From an uncultured virus (IMG/VR IMGVR_UViG_3300028048_000070) (lineage: Duplodnaviria > Heunggongvirae > Uroviricota > Caudoviricetes): a DNA stretch of 64,000 nucleotides. A model generated the notes under the pieces. The model was not told the origin of the DNA. It made no database searches and saw only the letters and a program-made list of their open reading frames with translations. Positions 27,757 through 39,363 of this stretch are shown here, in pieces (within the stretch, counting starts at the first letter, position 1; the number at the start of each line of letters is the position of its first letter). The stretch covers positions 1 through 64,000 of IMG/VR virus record IMGVR_UViG_3300028048_000070; one strand, written 5' to 3'. The translations under genes and the position numbers were made by a program.

Positions 27757-28848
27757 TTAAAGATTATAGACCTTCTCTTTAGGATTGACCTTATTATGAA
27801 GCTTGTCAAGAGCACCTCTAATATTTCCAGCACCAGTCTTAGCTGCCTGCTTAACACCACCAGCAGCTCTTCCAGCAGCATCTTTCACATTACCAGCTGC
27901 AGTCTTAGCACCAGTCTTAATACCTTCAGCCTTCTCACCAGCTTTAGCCTTGACTTCACCAGCCTTAGTCTTAATAGGCTCAACTTTCTTTTCAAACTTA
28001 TCAGATCCAGCAACCTTAATAAGCTTAGAAAGAATAGCTGCATTAGCAAGATAGAACTTATTAAAGATCTTAATCAAATCCTTAACCAGGTTAGCATTAC
28101 TCTTAAGAGCATCATTTGCTCTACCAAGTCTCTCACCAAAGTTCTCAGCACCACGATCAGACTTAATATCCTTCTTCAGGCTATTAAGAGCATCATCTGC
28201 TTCTTTTCTAGCTTTCTTAATATCATTAAGAAGAGTAGTCTTAAGAACAACTTCTACAGCATCAGTAATCTCTCTAACTTCAATATTCTTTCTAGTAGAA
28301 GTCTGCTTAATCTCTTCAGAAACCTTTCCAAGATAAGCACCAGGTCCAAATGAAGGATGATCTGCATCGGAATCTTTGATAAAGCTACCAATTCCTGCAT
28401 TAATATACCCTTCAATCTTTCCCTTAGTAGCCCAACCACCAGTCTCTACTGCAAATTCTACATTATTGGCCTTAATATAATCAATTGCAGAATTAACCTT
28501 CTTCTCAGTAAGACCAATAGATGCCATCTTACGTCTAATACCTTCAGTATGCTCTGCAATAAAATCAATGATCTTCTTAAAAAGCTCACTGAACATGGTC
28601 CTAACTTTATCAACAGCAGCAAAGAATTTCTCCTTAAGAGATGCACCATTAGAATTCTCAGAGCCATCTTCATTCACATAAGTAATTTCAGTAGCATTCT
28701 CATAAAGATAAGCATGTTCAGTCAAAAGACAATCCATTGTAAATTCATTACAAGCTTCATAAACTCCGATAACCATGTTATCAAGAGCTTCAGAAATGCT
28801 CATACCTTCATACAGATTCAGTGTAGGCTGATCGATAACAGTAATCAT
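27757..28848 (-). CDS. abundant virion/inner-head protein (putative)
   Basis: strong codon bias; helical; C-terminal 11-mer K/A/G repeats; terminator 27711-27741. Confidence 0.55.
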   Translation of the reverse strand: MITVIDQPTLNLYEGMSISEALDNMVIGVYEACNEFTMDCLLTEHAYLYENATEITYVNEDGSENSNGASLKEKFFAAVDKVRTMFSELFKKIIDFIAEHTEGIRRKMASIGLTEKKVNSAIDYIKANNVEFAVETGGWATKGKIEGYINAGIGSFIKDSDADHPSFGPGAYLGKVSEEIKQTSTRKNIEVREITDAVEVVLKTTLLNDIKKARKEADDALNSLKKDIKSDRGAENFGERLGRANDALKSNANLVKDLIKIFNKFYLANAAILSKLIKVAGSDKFEKKVEPIKTKAGEVKAKAGEKAEGIKTGAKTAAGNVKDAAGRAAGGVKQAAKTGAGNIRGALDKLHNKVNPKEKVYNL

Positions 28849-28940
28849 AGTATTATAATACTCCTTTACTAGTTTAATAAAAAGTAAATTTTAACGTTAA
28901 AATATAGTATACTTTTTAAGATTATAAGAATTTTAATATA

Positions 28941-29555
28941 TTAAAAGAGATCATCCCAATTACTGAAGCTCTCTTCAATATCATTATCAACAAATTTGTC
29001 AGACAGTCCATCCACATTAGAGAACTGCTCATCCTCTTCAGGATATGCAGGAACAGTATTCTGATCAACTCCATCAAAATCAATATGATCATCAGAATCT
29101 TCGCCATTAGGAGCATATTCTTCATCAAGAACTGCAAGAATATATTCAGCAGCTTCTCTCAGATTCTTTCTTACATTTTCAGGCAGATCAGGAATATTTG
29201 TACTTTCAGGCTCAGTAGCCTCAGTAAAATACTTGCTCATATCAGTATCTTCCTCCACATTATCAAAATCTTCACTTGTAAGAGCTTTATTAAAAATCAT
29301 ATTAACATCAGTATCTTCACCATCTGAAGCATTTGTGAAACTATTAGCCGCAGCTGCTGCTGCATCTAAACCTTCACTATCGGGTTGATCAAGTTTATCC
29401 TCACCAAATTCATTAGCTTCTTGGATATTATTATCTTCTCCAAGATCATTATTTTCTTTTTTGCTAGATGGGGTTACTTCACCAAATTCTTTACTATTAT
29501 TAGTATGCTCGAAATCTTCATGTAAAGATTCCATATAATCTTTAAAGTTAACCAT
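28941..29555 (-). CDS. acidic hypothetical (putative head) protein
   Basis: D/E-rich; late-type promoter at 29603-29616. Confidence 0.6.
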   Translation of the reverse strand: MVNFKDYMESLHEDFEHTNNSKEFGEVTPSSKKENNDLGEDNNIQEANEFGEDKLDQPDSEGLDAAAAAANSFTNASDGEDTDVNMIFNKALTSEDFDNVEEDTDMSKYFTEATEPESTNIPDLPENVRKNLREAAEYILAVLDEEYAPNGEDSDDHIDFDGVDQNTVPAYPEEDEQFSNVDGLSDKFVDNDIEESFSNWDDLF

Positions 29556-29696
29556 AGTCTATAAATTATATCCTATATAAGAGGATACAACTCCTTTCTT
29601 ATATTATAATTAAGTTCAATAATTATAATATCATCGATTTATCTATATATTATATATGATATACGAGCTCATTTTGATATATCATATAATTATATA

Positions 29697-30767
29697 TTAG
29701 AATAAACCACCATCATTATCAGAAGAGTCATCATCTTCTTTTCTTCTCTTCTTTTTATATTCATCATCATCTTTTTCAGAATCTCTTTGAGCTTTTGTAT
29801 CTTTAAGAGCAAAGAAATTAGATAACTTCTTTAGAGTTTCTACAATTTTCATTTGTCTTTGATATACAACTTTTTTATGATCATCTCCTCGATCATCATC
29901 TCTATACTTAAGATTCTCTGCATTAATTCTTAAAAATTCAGCTTGAATAGCAAAATAATCAGATATACTCATTCCCATGCGAAGAACCCAATAAATTGCT
30001 CTTCTTAAGAACCCAAATATTGCTTTAATAGAACCAAATGCAAGTCCAGCTCCAAGAATGACTTTTATAAATAAAGGAAGTCCTGCAAGTATGGCAAATG
30101 GAGTTTCATTTAAACTATCAAGATCTCCATTATCAACTGACTCTTTTACACTGGATAAATTATTCTTAATACATTCATTACAGAGTTTATCAATATTACC
30201 ATTTCTACATTCATTATTGAACTGCTCAGCATATTGATATAAAACATGATTCTGAGATTTATTATAAGAAACTTTATCAAAGCTCATAGAGAAAGAATCA
30301 TGACCATTCTTAATATATTCAATACTTGATGTAATCAATAATGAGGTTCCTGCTACAACAGACATTACTCCCATATTATACAGCATAATAGGTAATTCAA
30401 TATTAAGAGCAAATGCTTTGGCAAAAGTTCTTTCCCTCTTTTGAATATTATCTATTACATTATAAAGTACAGTAACTTGTTTAGGATCTTCATTATATTC
30501 TACAATTAAGTCTCTAATAATATTAAGGCAATCAACTATCTGTTGGAAATTCTCTACTTTAGTAATAACTCCTCTAGACTTAGGAATAGTACCAAAGTCG
30601 ATTCCTACATAATTAGCTTTAATGTGTTCATAAAGTTTTCCAACAATATGTTCTACATTAGCCATCTTTTTAGCTTCATTGCAAAATAATATTTCTTTCT
30701 TTGTCTTATAGTCAGATAAATCATAATATTCATTTACTAATTGCATATATTGGACATCAGTAATCAT
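29697..30767 (-). CDS. putative virion structural protein
   Basis: 356-aa ORF in late operon; hydrophobic segment. Confidence 0.55.
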   Translation of the reverse strand: MITDVQYMQLVNEYYDLSDYKTKKEILFCNEAKKMANVEHIVGKLYEHIKANYVGIDFGTIPKSRGVITKVENFQQIVDCLNIIRDLIVEYNEDPKQVTVLYNVIDNIQKRERTFAKAFALNIELPIMLYNMGVMSVVAGTSLLITSSIEYIKNGHDSFSMSFDKVSYNKSQNHVLYQYAEQFNNECRNGNIDKLCNECIKNNLSSVKESVDNGDLDSLNETPFAILAGLPLFIKVILGAGLAFGSIKAIFGFLRRAIYWVLRMGMSISDYFAIQAEFLRINAENLKYRDDDRGDDHKKVVYQRQMKIVETLKKLSNFFALKDTKAQRDSEKDDDEYKKKRRKEDDDSSDNDGGLF

Positions 30768-30785
30768 AGTACAATTTATCCTCCT

Positions 30786-32288
30786 TTACCTATTATTTGC
30801 CATGAGCTTAAGCATGGACTTATATGTTTCTGTTTCAGTTTCTTTAGCAAGCATTCTATATGAAAACTCTTCGAAATATCTATTGCCATCATCAAACATG
30901 AATTTAGCAGATTCAAGAGCATCATCTACAATAGCAAATCCAAGAAGATTATAAGATTCCATAAAGTGTTTAGCAACAGTAGGATCGGTGATATCAAGAT
31001 TTTCTTCTTTATAAAGATCATCTGCATCTTCTCTAGAGATTACTACAGTAGTAATGGCAGAGAAATCATTTCTCTGTCCTCTTGCAATAGCAGTCTTAGC
31101 AGCTAAAGCTCTATTCTGAAGAAGAGCCCAGGTATCACCATATGCACCTTTAACTTTGGTAGACTTAAGGTCTTCTCTAGTGCGAGATAAGCCAAAAAGA
31201 AAATCAGTCATCTTAAGTTCACCAGTAATAGCTCTCATTACATTAAGAAAAGCTTTACCATCTTTATTATCATTAGCGATACGTCTAAGAATTTCATTAG
31301 AATCAACAGCAAGAGCTTTAGATTTAACACCAATAATAAATTCTGTTGCTACACTAGCAGTAGAAGAATTATAGAATCTTACAATGATAAGAGAAGGTAC
31401 AGCAGAATTCATTTTCTTAATATCTTGATCTTTAAGAAATTGAACATTTTTTACTGTATTCTTAATTCTAGTATCTCTTTCATTTTCTTGTTCTTTTTTA
31501 CGATCTTTATCTTTTATATTATTATTATATATTTCTCTTGTTCTTCCATATTTTTTATATAATTCATCATCATTAGCAATTTCTGCAGGTGTATACCCAC
31601 CATATTTTTTAGTAGAATCTTCATTAAAAGATTTAAAAGTAACTCTATAATCACCAGCAGATTCTTTAACTATAAAATCATTAATACTTCTTTCATTTAA
31701 TTCAGTATCATAAATCTGATACTTTTCAGCATCACTAAACATTTCCATTAATTCTTTCATCTGTTGATTAGAAATTTTAATGGAATTATCATTTTCAAAC
31801 ATACTATCTAAATTAAATTCATTAAGTTTTTCATTAATAATAGATCCTGCAATAGTAGCAGAATTATGCTGCACAGATCTAGCCGTTCCAATATCACCAA
31901 GCATAGCATTAATAATACTGGCCATAGCAGCAACATCATCTCCGCCAATATTAAGATTTTGATGGAATCTTCTTAAGTATTCAGCACCATTTTCAGCATT
32001 AGAAATATTCATCATCTGTAATGCAAGCTGAATAATAATACAACCCTTTTGCTCAATATATTTAGAAACCATTTGTGCTGTACTAGCACTAACAGTTTTA
32101 CTAATTAATACAGGATATACAGCAATTAATTTAGATGCAGCTTTAGCTGTAGAAGAATAAGAATATGAATCTCGTGTTGTAGCTTTACCATTACTAGCAG
32201 CATCTATTCCTGCTTTTGTAGCACTGATCAATTGACCTATATTTTTAATAGTCTCAGGATCAACAACTTCGTGCAGATGTGTTGACAT
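30786..32288 (-). CDS. putative virion structural protein
   Basis: 500-aa ORF; late-type promoter at 32315-32328; GGAGG SD. Confidence 0.55.
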   Translation of the reverse strand: MSTHLHEVVDPETIKNIGQLISATKAGIDAASNGKATTRDSYSYSSTAKAASKLIAVYPVLISKTVSASTAQMVSKYIEQKGCIIIQLALQMMNISNAENGAEYLRRFHQNLNIGGDDVAAMASIINAMLGDIGTARSVQHNSATIAGSIINEKLNEFNLDSMFENDNSIKISNQQMKELMEMFSDAEKYQIYDTELNERSINDFIVKESAGDYRVTFKSFNEDSTKKYGGYTPAEIANDDELYKKYGRTREIYNNNIKDKDRKKEQENERDTRIKNTVKNVQFLKDQDIKKMNSAVPSLIIVRFYNSSTASVATEFIIGVKSKALAVDSNEILRRIANDNKDGKAFLNVMRAITGELKMTDFLFGLSRTREDLKSTKVKGAYGDTWALLQNRALAAKTAIARGQRNDFSAITTVVISREDADDLYKEENLDITDPTVAKHFMESYNLLGFAIVDDALESAKFMFDDGNRYFEEFSYRMLAKETETETYKSMLKLMANNR

Positions 32289-32501
32289 CTGTTTACCTCC
32301 TAAAGGGTATGAATATTATACTAATGTTAAAAAATAAAATATATTATGTTCTAAAAAAATAAAGAGTAATATACTCTTTATTTTAATCTTCAGGTTCTCT
32401 TATTATATTAAATAAGAGTATAACAACCATGAAGATTTTAAATAATATAAGACCAATAGTATTTATTATATTCATTATATATAGTCCTACTTTCTTTTTA
32501 T

Positions 32502-32750
32502 TTATTTTATAAATTCTATTACTTTTCTATCTTCTTGAAAATCTTCACCTTTAAAGTTTGCCATAACTTTTCTATTACTTTCATCAAAAGCTCCACCCAA
32601 AGATTCAATTATTTTAAATCCAACTTCTCTTCTTTTATTATAATTATCTAAAGTTCCACCAAAATAATGAATAGCACCTACTATTCCAGCTCTAATTAAA
32701 TAGTCCATGTCTATATTCCTACTAATTATACTAAAAAATCTTCCTACCAT
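32502..32750 (-). CDS. hypothetical protein
   Basis: 82-aa ORF behind early-type promoter 32811-32820. Confidence 0.55.
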   Translation of the reverse strand: MVGRFFSIISRNIDMDYLIRAGIVGAIHYFGGTLDNYNKRREVGFKIIESLGGAFDESNRKVMANFKGEDFQEDRKVIEFIK

Positions 32751-32902
32751 GTTACGTTTTATTTCTCCTAATATATTAACAAGAGGTATATCATAAATAT
32801 CTCTTCATTATTATAATATATTATTATTTTATCTTTTACCCATTATAATTAGTAACCTGAACTTTAATATAATATTTCAAAATGGGAGTATTAAAATAAG
32901 AA

Positions 32903-34276
32903 ATGGCTAAGAATAACAAATATTTTAGTAATCTAGAACCAAGTACAGCCAATGATTCTAGAACAATCCCAAGTACTTTAAAACCTACAGAATATCTAAA
33001 TGATCAGTTTATGTCATCTGTAGGATTATATTCTAATAATGAATTAGAGAAAGCTAGATTTAGTAAATATTCTAGATTTGGTAGACCTCTTGATCCTTAT
33101 GGAAAGTTAAATGATTGTAGAGAATATTTGTTCTTTGTTAAACCTGATCTTCATATTGCAGTGCCAGCAAAAGAAGTTGGTATTGTAGATGAAGTAGTAA
33201 ATATACAGACAGATAATGGTAGACGAAAAAAGACTAGAATGAAAGTTGCTAAGTCTGAAAGTGTATATAATTTAGGTTTATCTTCTGGAGGCTCTCTTTA
33301 TTCTAAGTCATTAGATACTTATAATAATTTAACTCTTAATCCTCAATTAGATAATAATTCTTATTTCAGAGAATTAATTACATCTCATCCAAATGTAATA
33401 AGACAACTACAGAGAAGTGCTCCTGGTACTGATAATTTTTCTACTGTAGACCCATTTTGTCATTTATTAAGCTTCTCTGTAAATAGTTATCTTGAAATGC
33501 CAGGATCAGAAGCTTCTACTTTAGATAATCCATCTACAATATTTGGTACAAGTTATGAATATTTAAAAGATGCAGAAGAAGCAGATGAAAATCCTTCTTT
33601 TTCTCTTGAATTTTTAGATAATAAGTATCTTGATACTTATCATTTTTTTAAAGCTTATACTGAATATCATATAGCAAGAAAAAGTGGTTTAGTAACTCCT
33701 CCATCTAGAGATTATTACAGATATAAAAGACTCCATAATACAATGGGTATATATAAATTTATTGTAGCAGAAGATATGGAGACTATTATTTATTATGCAT
33801 ATTTCTGGGGAGTATTTCCCACATCTTGTCCTAGAGAAACATTTAGTGATCCTTTATTTAATGATGGACTTACTTTTTCTGTTAGTTTTAAATCTGCTTT
33901 TATGGAAGATATGAATCCCATTATATTAAAGCAGTTTAATAAACTTATGGGAAATGTAATAGATGCTTATGGAATAAATAAAGAAGTATGGCTACCTGTA
34001 GTAAGACAAAATGCTTTCTCTCAAGAATTATATGCCTCTAAAATTGGGCAACTTCCTACAAAAGTTGGCGATAATTCTTATGATACAGCATCTTTAGGAA
34101 CTCCTAATATTTTAAATGGAATGTATCCTACAAGTATGATTGATGGTGAATTACCTGTAGCTGCTTTAGTAGATGGAAGACAATTCTCTACTAATCAGCT
34201 TAGTGTCAATGCAGATAGACCAAAGTATAAATTAAGATGGTATGGTATACCAAAGGAGACACAAGTCAATGGCTAA
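32903..34276 (+). CDS. putative tail/baseplate (tube-like) structural protein
   Basis: YLFFVKPDL and IIYYAYFWGVFPTSCP motifs; late promoter 32860-32873; coupled to wedge gene. Confidence 0.55.
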   Translation: MAKNNKYFSNLEPSTANDSRTIPSTLKPTEYLNDQFMSSVGLYSNNELEKARFSKYSRFGRPLDPYGKLNDCREYLFFVKPDLHIAVPAKEVGIVDEVVNIQTDNGRRKKTRMKVAKSESVYNLGLSSGGSLYSKSLDTYNNLTLNPQLDNNSYFRELITSHPNVIRQLQRSAPGTDNFSTVDPFCHLLSFSVNSYLEMPGSEASTLDNPSTIFGTSYEYLKDAEEADENPSFSLEFLDNKYLDTYHFFKAYTEYHIARKSGLVTPPSRDYYRYKRLHNTMGIYKFIVAEDMETIIYYAYFWGVFPTSCPRETFSDPLFNDGLTFSVSFKSAFMEDMNPIILKQFNKLMGNVIDAYGINKEVWLPVVRQNAFSQELYASKIGQLPTKVGDNSYDTASLGTPNILNGMYPTSMIDGELPVAALVDGRQFSTNQLSVNADRPKYKLRWYGIPKETQVNG

Positions 34277-37200
34277 GAAATCAGTAAATTCAGATATCTA
34301 CAATTTATCACAATTAGTAGATGACGTTAAAAAGACTTTTATAGAAAATGAGACTGATGAGACTCTGGCCATTGGAATGTATGGTTATATTGGTGCTCTA
34401 GAGTCTCATAGATTACAAACTCAAGTCCAAATGACTGGAGAGTTATCTAATGAATCATTTCCTTCCAGAGCAAGACTTGAGAGAAATGTAATTACTCATG
34501 CTATAATGGCTAATATTGAGGACATTAATGCTATTCCTGCTAAGATGACTATATATCTGATTCTTAAAGAATCAGATGTTGATTATTATCTTAACAGATC
34601 TACCAGTACATTTACTATTGATAGGGAATGCCCAATATATATTGGTGATTATGAATTTCACTTAGAATATGATATTATTTTAAAACAGATTTATATTCCA
34701 GATAAAGATGTAAATACTTATGCAGCTTGGTATAATATTCCAGATAGAAGAGAAGTACCTACTTCTTCTGTAGATCTCTCTACTGGTAATCCTTATATTT
34801 CTCCTCCCGCTATTGTTAATATTGGAGGGCAAAATTATATTTATATTACTACTACTTTATCTCAAGTTTCTCATACTGTAGAACATAAGAAACTTGTTAC
34901 TTCTAATATTGTTGATAATAAAACTCTTAATTTTGAATTTGAAGATCAGTTAGCATATTTTGAAGTAGAAGTTGACGAATCAGATGAGGTAAAGTATTTA
35001 CAACCTGTCTTTGAAGGTGCTAGTGTACCAGATAATGCTTATATGTATTATTGTTGGTATCAATATATTGATACTAATCTTATCAGAATAAGATTTGATA
35101 GAAAATCTTATATGCCTGGTCTTAATGCAAATATTAATGTACTTATTAAGACTACTAAAGGTTTAGATGGTAATTTTGACCATAGAGGTCAGATTGCCGT
35201 ATCTTTATCCTCTGATAATTATGGATATAAAAATATTCCTATGATATTAGATCCTGTTACTTCTTCTGCTAATGGTAGAAATAGAAAATCTAAAGAAGAA
35301 TTACAGGCTTTAATTCCTAAAGAATTACTCTCTAGAGGATCTTTAACTACTATTACTGATCTAAATAACTATTTCTCTACATTAGATACAGAAGATGGTA
35401 GAATAGTAATTCAGAAAAAGATTGATAATCAGATAGAAAGAGTTTATTATGGTTATATGGTAGCTAAAGATAGTAATAATAACATTATTCCTTCTAATAC
35501 TATAGATCTTAAAGTAGGATTAGAAGATTTAGTATCTACTAGAATTCCTGGATCTTTATCTGATAGATATACTCTTAAATCTGGAGCTTGTATTAAATTA
35601 GATGAAAATGGAATGGGATATATAAATCATAATCCTCTTCAGGCTACTCAAGAAACTTTAGTAGCTGGAGCTGTAGCTAGAGGTCAATTAGTTAATGGAT
35701 CTTTTAAAGCTAAGATTATTGATGCTACTGTAGATAGTGTATCTGCAGAAGTATTAGTAGATGGTAATTCTGCTGGTTGTATTGTAATACCAGATAATTA
35801 TACTTTATATCCAAATTCTGCTAATCCTATTGATGTAGAAGATTTTATGCTTATGTCAGTAGGAAAAAGATATCTTTATAAGTTTGAGTATGTAACCAAA
35901 CAAAATGATCCTGTTATTAGATTACAAGATTCAGAATTAGATTGTTTAGATTTTATTAAAGGATATTACTATATTCCTGGATATGAAGAGAATAAAACAT
36001 ATTTTGATTCTATTCCTATTGCATTTAGAGGATATGAGAAGAATACAAGAATTGTTATTGCTCTTGAATATAGATTAAATAATAATCCTAATAAAGTTAC
36101 TACTTTTAGAAATGGTAGTCTTTATACATCTTTAAATTCTAATAAGACTACTGGAGATTTTGATGATATAGCTGCAATCTGTGGTGTATATACTAGAATT
36201 CTCTATGCAGATAATTATGATACAGAAACTTTTGAAATTATAAGAGAAGAAAGTAATGAATATACTATCAATATTCTTCAATCCTTTGAAGGAGAAAAGA
36301 CTATTGATATTTGGGCTGAACAAGGTTTAGTTACTTTAACTGTATCTCAGACCGATAATATAATTGAGAATGTATTTGCTATTTCAGAATTAGATATTTC
36401 TGGAGATGATTTCTCTCGTATTATAAAAATTGATGGTTATGTAGAAGAAACTAAACTTTATGTTAGAGATCCAGAAGCTTATGTAAGATATCAGACTCTT
36501 ATATTAACATCTAATGATGTAGAATATAAATATACATCTTATATTCCTTCGCTTAATGCTACTAATATGCCTACTGTATTAAGAGAAGGTGATATAATTG
36601 AATTTAAATATACTTATAGATCTCCTAATAGTAATACTCAACCTAGAATTGATATTATTCTTTCTGAAGGATTGGAATATGTACCATTCTCTCATTCTAT
36701 AGAAAATGAAGAGTATGAATATGCTGTAGAACCTGTAGAAAAAAATATTAGAAATGAAGGATTTACTTATACTAATCCATATGCTATTAGTATAAATGGA
36801 TATCATTTATATTCAGCATTTTACATGATGTCTATGGATGAAAATCCTTATTTACATTATGATTATGTATATGAAGGATCTGATATTCAGTTTATTGCTA
36901 ATAATATCAGATGGACTAGAGACTTCTTAGGAGATAATAAAGAAACATATCATCTTAGTTTTAATGCTATGCAATCTGTACAGGAAGATTTAGGATTATT
37001 CCCTACAGATGAATCAGGTAATAAGACTACTCCTTTAGTTAAAGCTATAGTTTTATTCTATAAGAATGATATACCTTATAGATATAGAACAATGAATTTA
37101 ACTTCTTGGGATGAAACGACTTATACTTTTACATTTGAACAGGATTTCTACGCTACTGATGTATTTGATAATGATAATAATATTAAAGTAGAAAATATGA

Positions 37201-38357
37201 CTCCTATTAATGTAAGAGAAGATAGAGTATTTCAGTGTAAATTTACTTGTGACTTTAGAGAGTATAATTTAATGTCAGATGGTAAGTTTACAGAAAAACT
37301 TTCTGATTTTATTGCTAGATTTGATATCACTGGAGATATAGAAGACTACTATTCTACTAATGAGAAGATTTTTAGCTTTATAGTAGAAGGAGAAAATACT
37401 AATCATGAAGAAGTTTATATCTCTATGAATGAAGCTTTTGTAGAAGAAGAAAGTATATTAGTAACAGTAAATGGTACAGAATATCAGATTAGAGCCGAAA
37501 AAACTTATATAGAATCTGGATTCATGGAGCCTACTAGTAAGATGGTTATTTATATGCTCTGTGGATTAGGAGATTATTCTAAATATAATTTAATGAACTA
37601 TGTACCTCTTATTGACAGAAATTGGACAGTAACCAATATCTATGATGTAGTAAATGGTGTTACTATGTATCATAACTATTCTGGTATTATGGGTTCCCAG
37701 ATAGTTCCATATGGAACCACTAATACTGATGAAGAAGGTAATAGTACCATGACATTAGAGGGGTACTATATTTATAGTGTACCTGTATTAGGATACGATT
37801 ACTGTAATAATGAAATTCTTGTACAAGAAGCTATAAATGGATTAAATTATAGAAAATCTTATATAGATTCTGTAATAGATAAATTAGAAAATTCATTTGG
37901 AATTGATTTTAAATTATTTAATACTTATGGTCCTTCTCATACTTATTATATTATTAGGGATACTAATGCTAATAATATTCTTGATGAAGAGAAAGAATAT
38001 ATTGATAGAGTAAATCTTACTCTTAACTTTAGAATCAAGCTTCAGTCTAGTAAAGATTCTTACACTAGAGATAATATTATTAAAGATATTAAGGAATATA
38101 TGGAAGATCTTGATAAATTAGGTGAAGTCCATATTCCTAATTTAGTAACTCAGATTACTAATACTTATAAAGAGCAAATTGTGTATTTTGAATATCTTGG
38201 ATTTAACTCTTATGGAGCAGATATCCAACACATTTATAGAGATGATGATAATGAAATAGATATCCATATTGCACCTGAGTTCCTCAATGTAACTAATGTA
38301 TTTGATGATGATGGAACTCTTAGTCCAGATATCAATATTTATGTATCTGGTATGTAA
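34269..38357 (+). CDS. putative baseplate wedge protein
   Basis: N-terminal baseplate-J/gp6-like features (TTKGLDGNF, SANGRNRKS, LTTITDLNNYF); start MAKK with AAGGAG SD. Confidence 0.6.
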   Translation: MAKKSVNSDIYNLSQLVDDVKKTFIENETDETLAIGMYGYIGALESHRLQTQVQMTGELSNESFPSRARLERNVITHAIMANIEDINAIPAKMTIYLILKESDVDYYLNRSTSTFTIDRECPIYIGDYEFHLEYDIILKQIYIPDKDVNTYAAWYNIPDRREVPTSSVDLSTGNPYISPPAIVNIGGQNYIYITTTLSQVSHTVEHKKLVTSNIVDNKTLNFEFEDQLAYFEVEVDESDEVKYLQPVFEGASVPDNAYMYYCWYQYIDTNLIRIRFDRKSYMPGLNANINVLIKTTKGLDGNFDHRGQIAVSLSSDNYGYKNIPMILDPVTSSANGRNRKSKEELQALIPKELLSRGSLTTITDLNNYFSTLDTEDGRIVIQKKIDNQIERVYYGYMVAKDSNNNIIPSNTIDLKVGLEDLVSTRIPGSLSDRYTLKSGACIKLDENGMGYINHNPLQATQETLVAGAVARGQLVNGSFKAKIIDATVDSVSAEVLVDGNSAGCIVIPDNYTLYPNSANPIDVEDFMLMSVGKRYLYKFEYVTKQNDPVIRLQDSELDCLDFIKGYYYIPGYEENKTYFDSIPIAFRGYEKNTRIVIALEYRLNNNPNKVTTFRNGSLYTSLNSNKTTGDFDDIAAICGVYTRILYADNYDTETFEIIREESNEYTINILQSFEGEKTIDIWAEQGLVTLTVSQTDNIIENVFAISELDISGDDFSRIIKIDGYVEETKLYVRDPEAYVRYQTLILTSNDVEYKYTSYIPSLNATNMPTVLREGDIIEFKYTYRSPNSNTQPRIDIILSEGLEYVPFSHSIENEEYEYAVEPVEKNIRNEGFTYTNPYAISINGYHLYSAFYMMSMDENPYLHYDYVYEGSDIQFIANNIRWTRDFLGDNKETYHLSFNAMQSVQEDLGLFPTDESGNKTTPLVKAIVLFYKNDIPYRYRTMNLTSWDETTYTFTFEQDFYATDVFDNDNNIKVENMTPINVREDRVFQCKFTCDFREYNLMSDGKFTEKLSDFIARFDITGDIEDYYSTNEKIFSFIVEGENTNHEEVYISMNEAFVEEESILVTVNGTEYQIRAEKTYIESGFMEPTSKMVIYMLCGLGDYSKYNLMNYVPLIDRNWTVTNIYDVVNGVTMYHNYSGIMGSQIVPYGTTNTDEEGNSTMTLEGYYIYSVPVLGYDYCNNEILVQEAINGLNYRKSYIDSVIDKLENSFGIDFKLFNTYGPSHTYYIIRDTNANNILDEEKEYIDRVNLTLNFRIKLQSSKDSYTRDNIIKDIKEYMEDLDKLGEVHIPNLVTQITNTYKEQIVYFEYLGFNSYGADIQHIYRDDDNEIDIHIAPEFLNVTNVFDDDGTLSPDINIYVSGM

Positions 38358-38397
38358 AACTTACATATAAAAATGATTCTAAAGGAGAATTATTATT

Positions 38398-39327
38398 ATG
38401 GGACTCAGAGAAGATAGAAATTATCTTAAAGAAAGAAAAGAATTTAAAAGAACTCTTGCTGAAAATGCTAGAAAGCAAGAGATTGAAAATATGAATAAAC
38501 TTAGAGAAGAGATTGATAATGCTAAGCTTATGCATGAAGCTAAGATTGATAACTTCTATACTTATAAAGCTGATGTAAAGAAGACTCTTCTTACTGAAGC
38601 TCTTGGAAGAATCTATAAAGGTTCTATTTTCCATATTACTGATAGAGAAGCTGCTCTTTGTGATAGCCTGCTTGGTAGCTATATTGAATCTACCGGTGTA
38701 GATACTATTCTTAAGAATATGAGATTTTCTAAATCTGGTCTTCTTGTAAGTATTTATGAAGCAGAACAGGAAGCTTTTGATGATATTACTAAGGATGCAA
38801 ATGCTGAAGATGTAACTTCTCAAACTATTGATCCTAAAGCTATTGAAGATTTCTGGGATAATATTGATAAGAATAATGATATTGATGATGTCACTAATAT
38901 GATTAGACTTAGAGTATCTAATGCTGAAGAAGATTTTATTAATAAGAATCAGGCTGATAAAGAAGATATCAAAACTATTCTTAAAGATACAGCAGAGAGA
39001 GTTCAGAATGCTAAGGCTTCAAATGATAATGATTATTCTGAAGCTGTAGAAGAGTCTGAAATGAGAATTGCTAAAGATAAGATTTATAATATTCAGCATG
39101 AAAGCTATCATAATGTATTTGATAGAATGGTTAGAAATATTTCTGAAGCTGTATTGAAAGATCAAGTTATCAAAGAACAATTTAGTCTTGATAATGGTAG
39201 ACTTGATATGGATAAGATTGTAGAATCTGCTAGATGTATGTATACTCTTCTTGAGATGGTATCTAGTCTTAAGATTGAAAAGGTAGATTCTGAATATATT
39301 GAATCTGCTCTTAAATCAATTAAATAA
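38398..39327 (+). CDS. putative virion protein, helical
   Basis: late promoter 38358-38371; AAGGAG SD. Confidence 0.55.
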   Translation: MGLREDRNYLKERKEFKRTLAENARKQEIENMNKLREEIDNAKLMHEAKIDNFYTYKADVKKTLLTEALGRIYKGSIFHITDREAALCDSLLGSYIESTGVDTILKNMRFSKSGLLVSIYEAEQEAFDDITKDANAEDVTSQTIDPKAIEDFWDNIDKNNDIDDVTNMIRLRVSNAEEDFINKNQADKEDIKTILKDTAERVQNAKASNDNDYSEAVEESEMRIAKDKIYNIQHESYHNVFDRMVRNISEAVLKDQVIKEQFSLDNGRLDMDKIVESARCMYTLLEMVSSLKIEKVDSEYIESALKSIK

Positions 39328-39333
39328 AATAAA

Positions 39334-39359
39334 AGGAGTAGGGTTTTATCCCTACTCCT
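39334..39359. terminator. bidirectional terminator between convergent genes
   Basis: AGGAGTAGGG-TTTTAT-CCCTACTCCT. Confidence 0.75.
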
Positions 39360-39363
39360 ATAT

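Noticed and set aside
27796..28872. Plus-strand ORFs of 185, 83 and 171 aa
   Set aside because: Antisense shadows of 27757..28848.
29620..29700. AT-rich near-palindromic intergenic tract as replication origin
   Set aside because: No iterons or other support; AT-rich symmetry is expected by chance at this composition.
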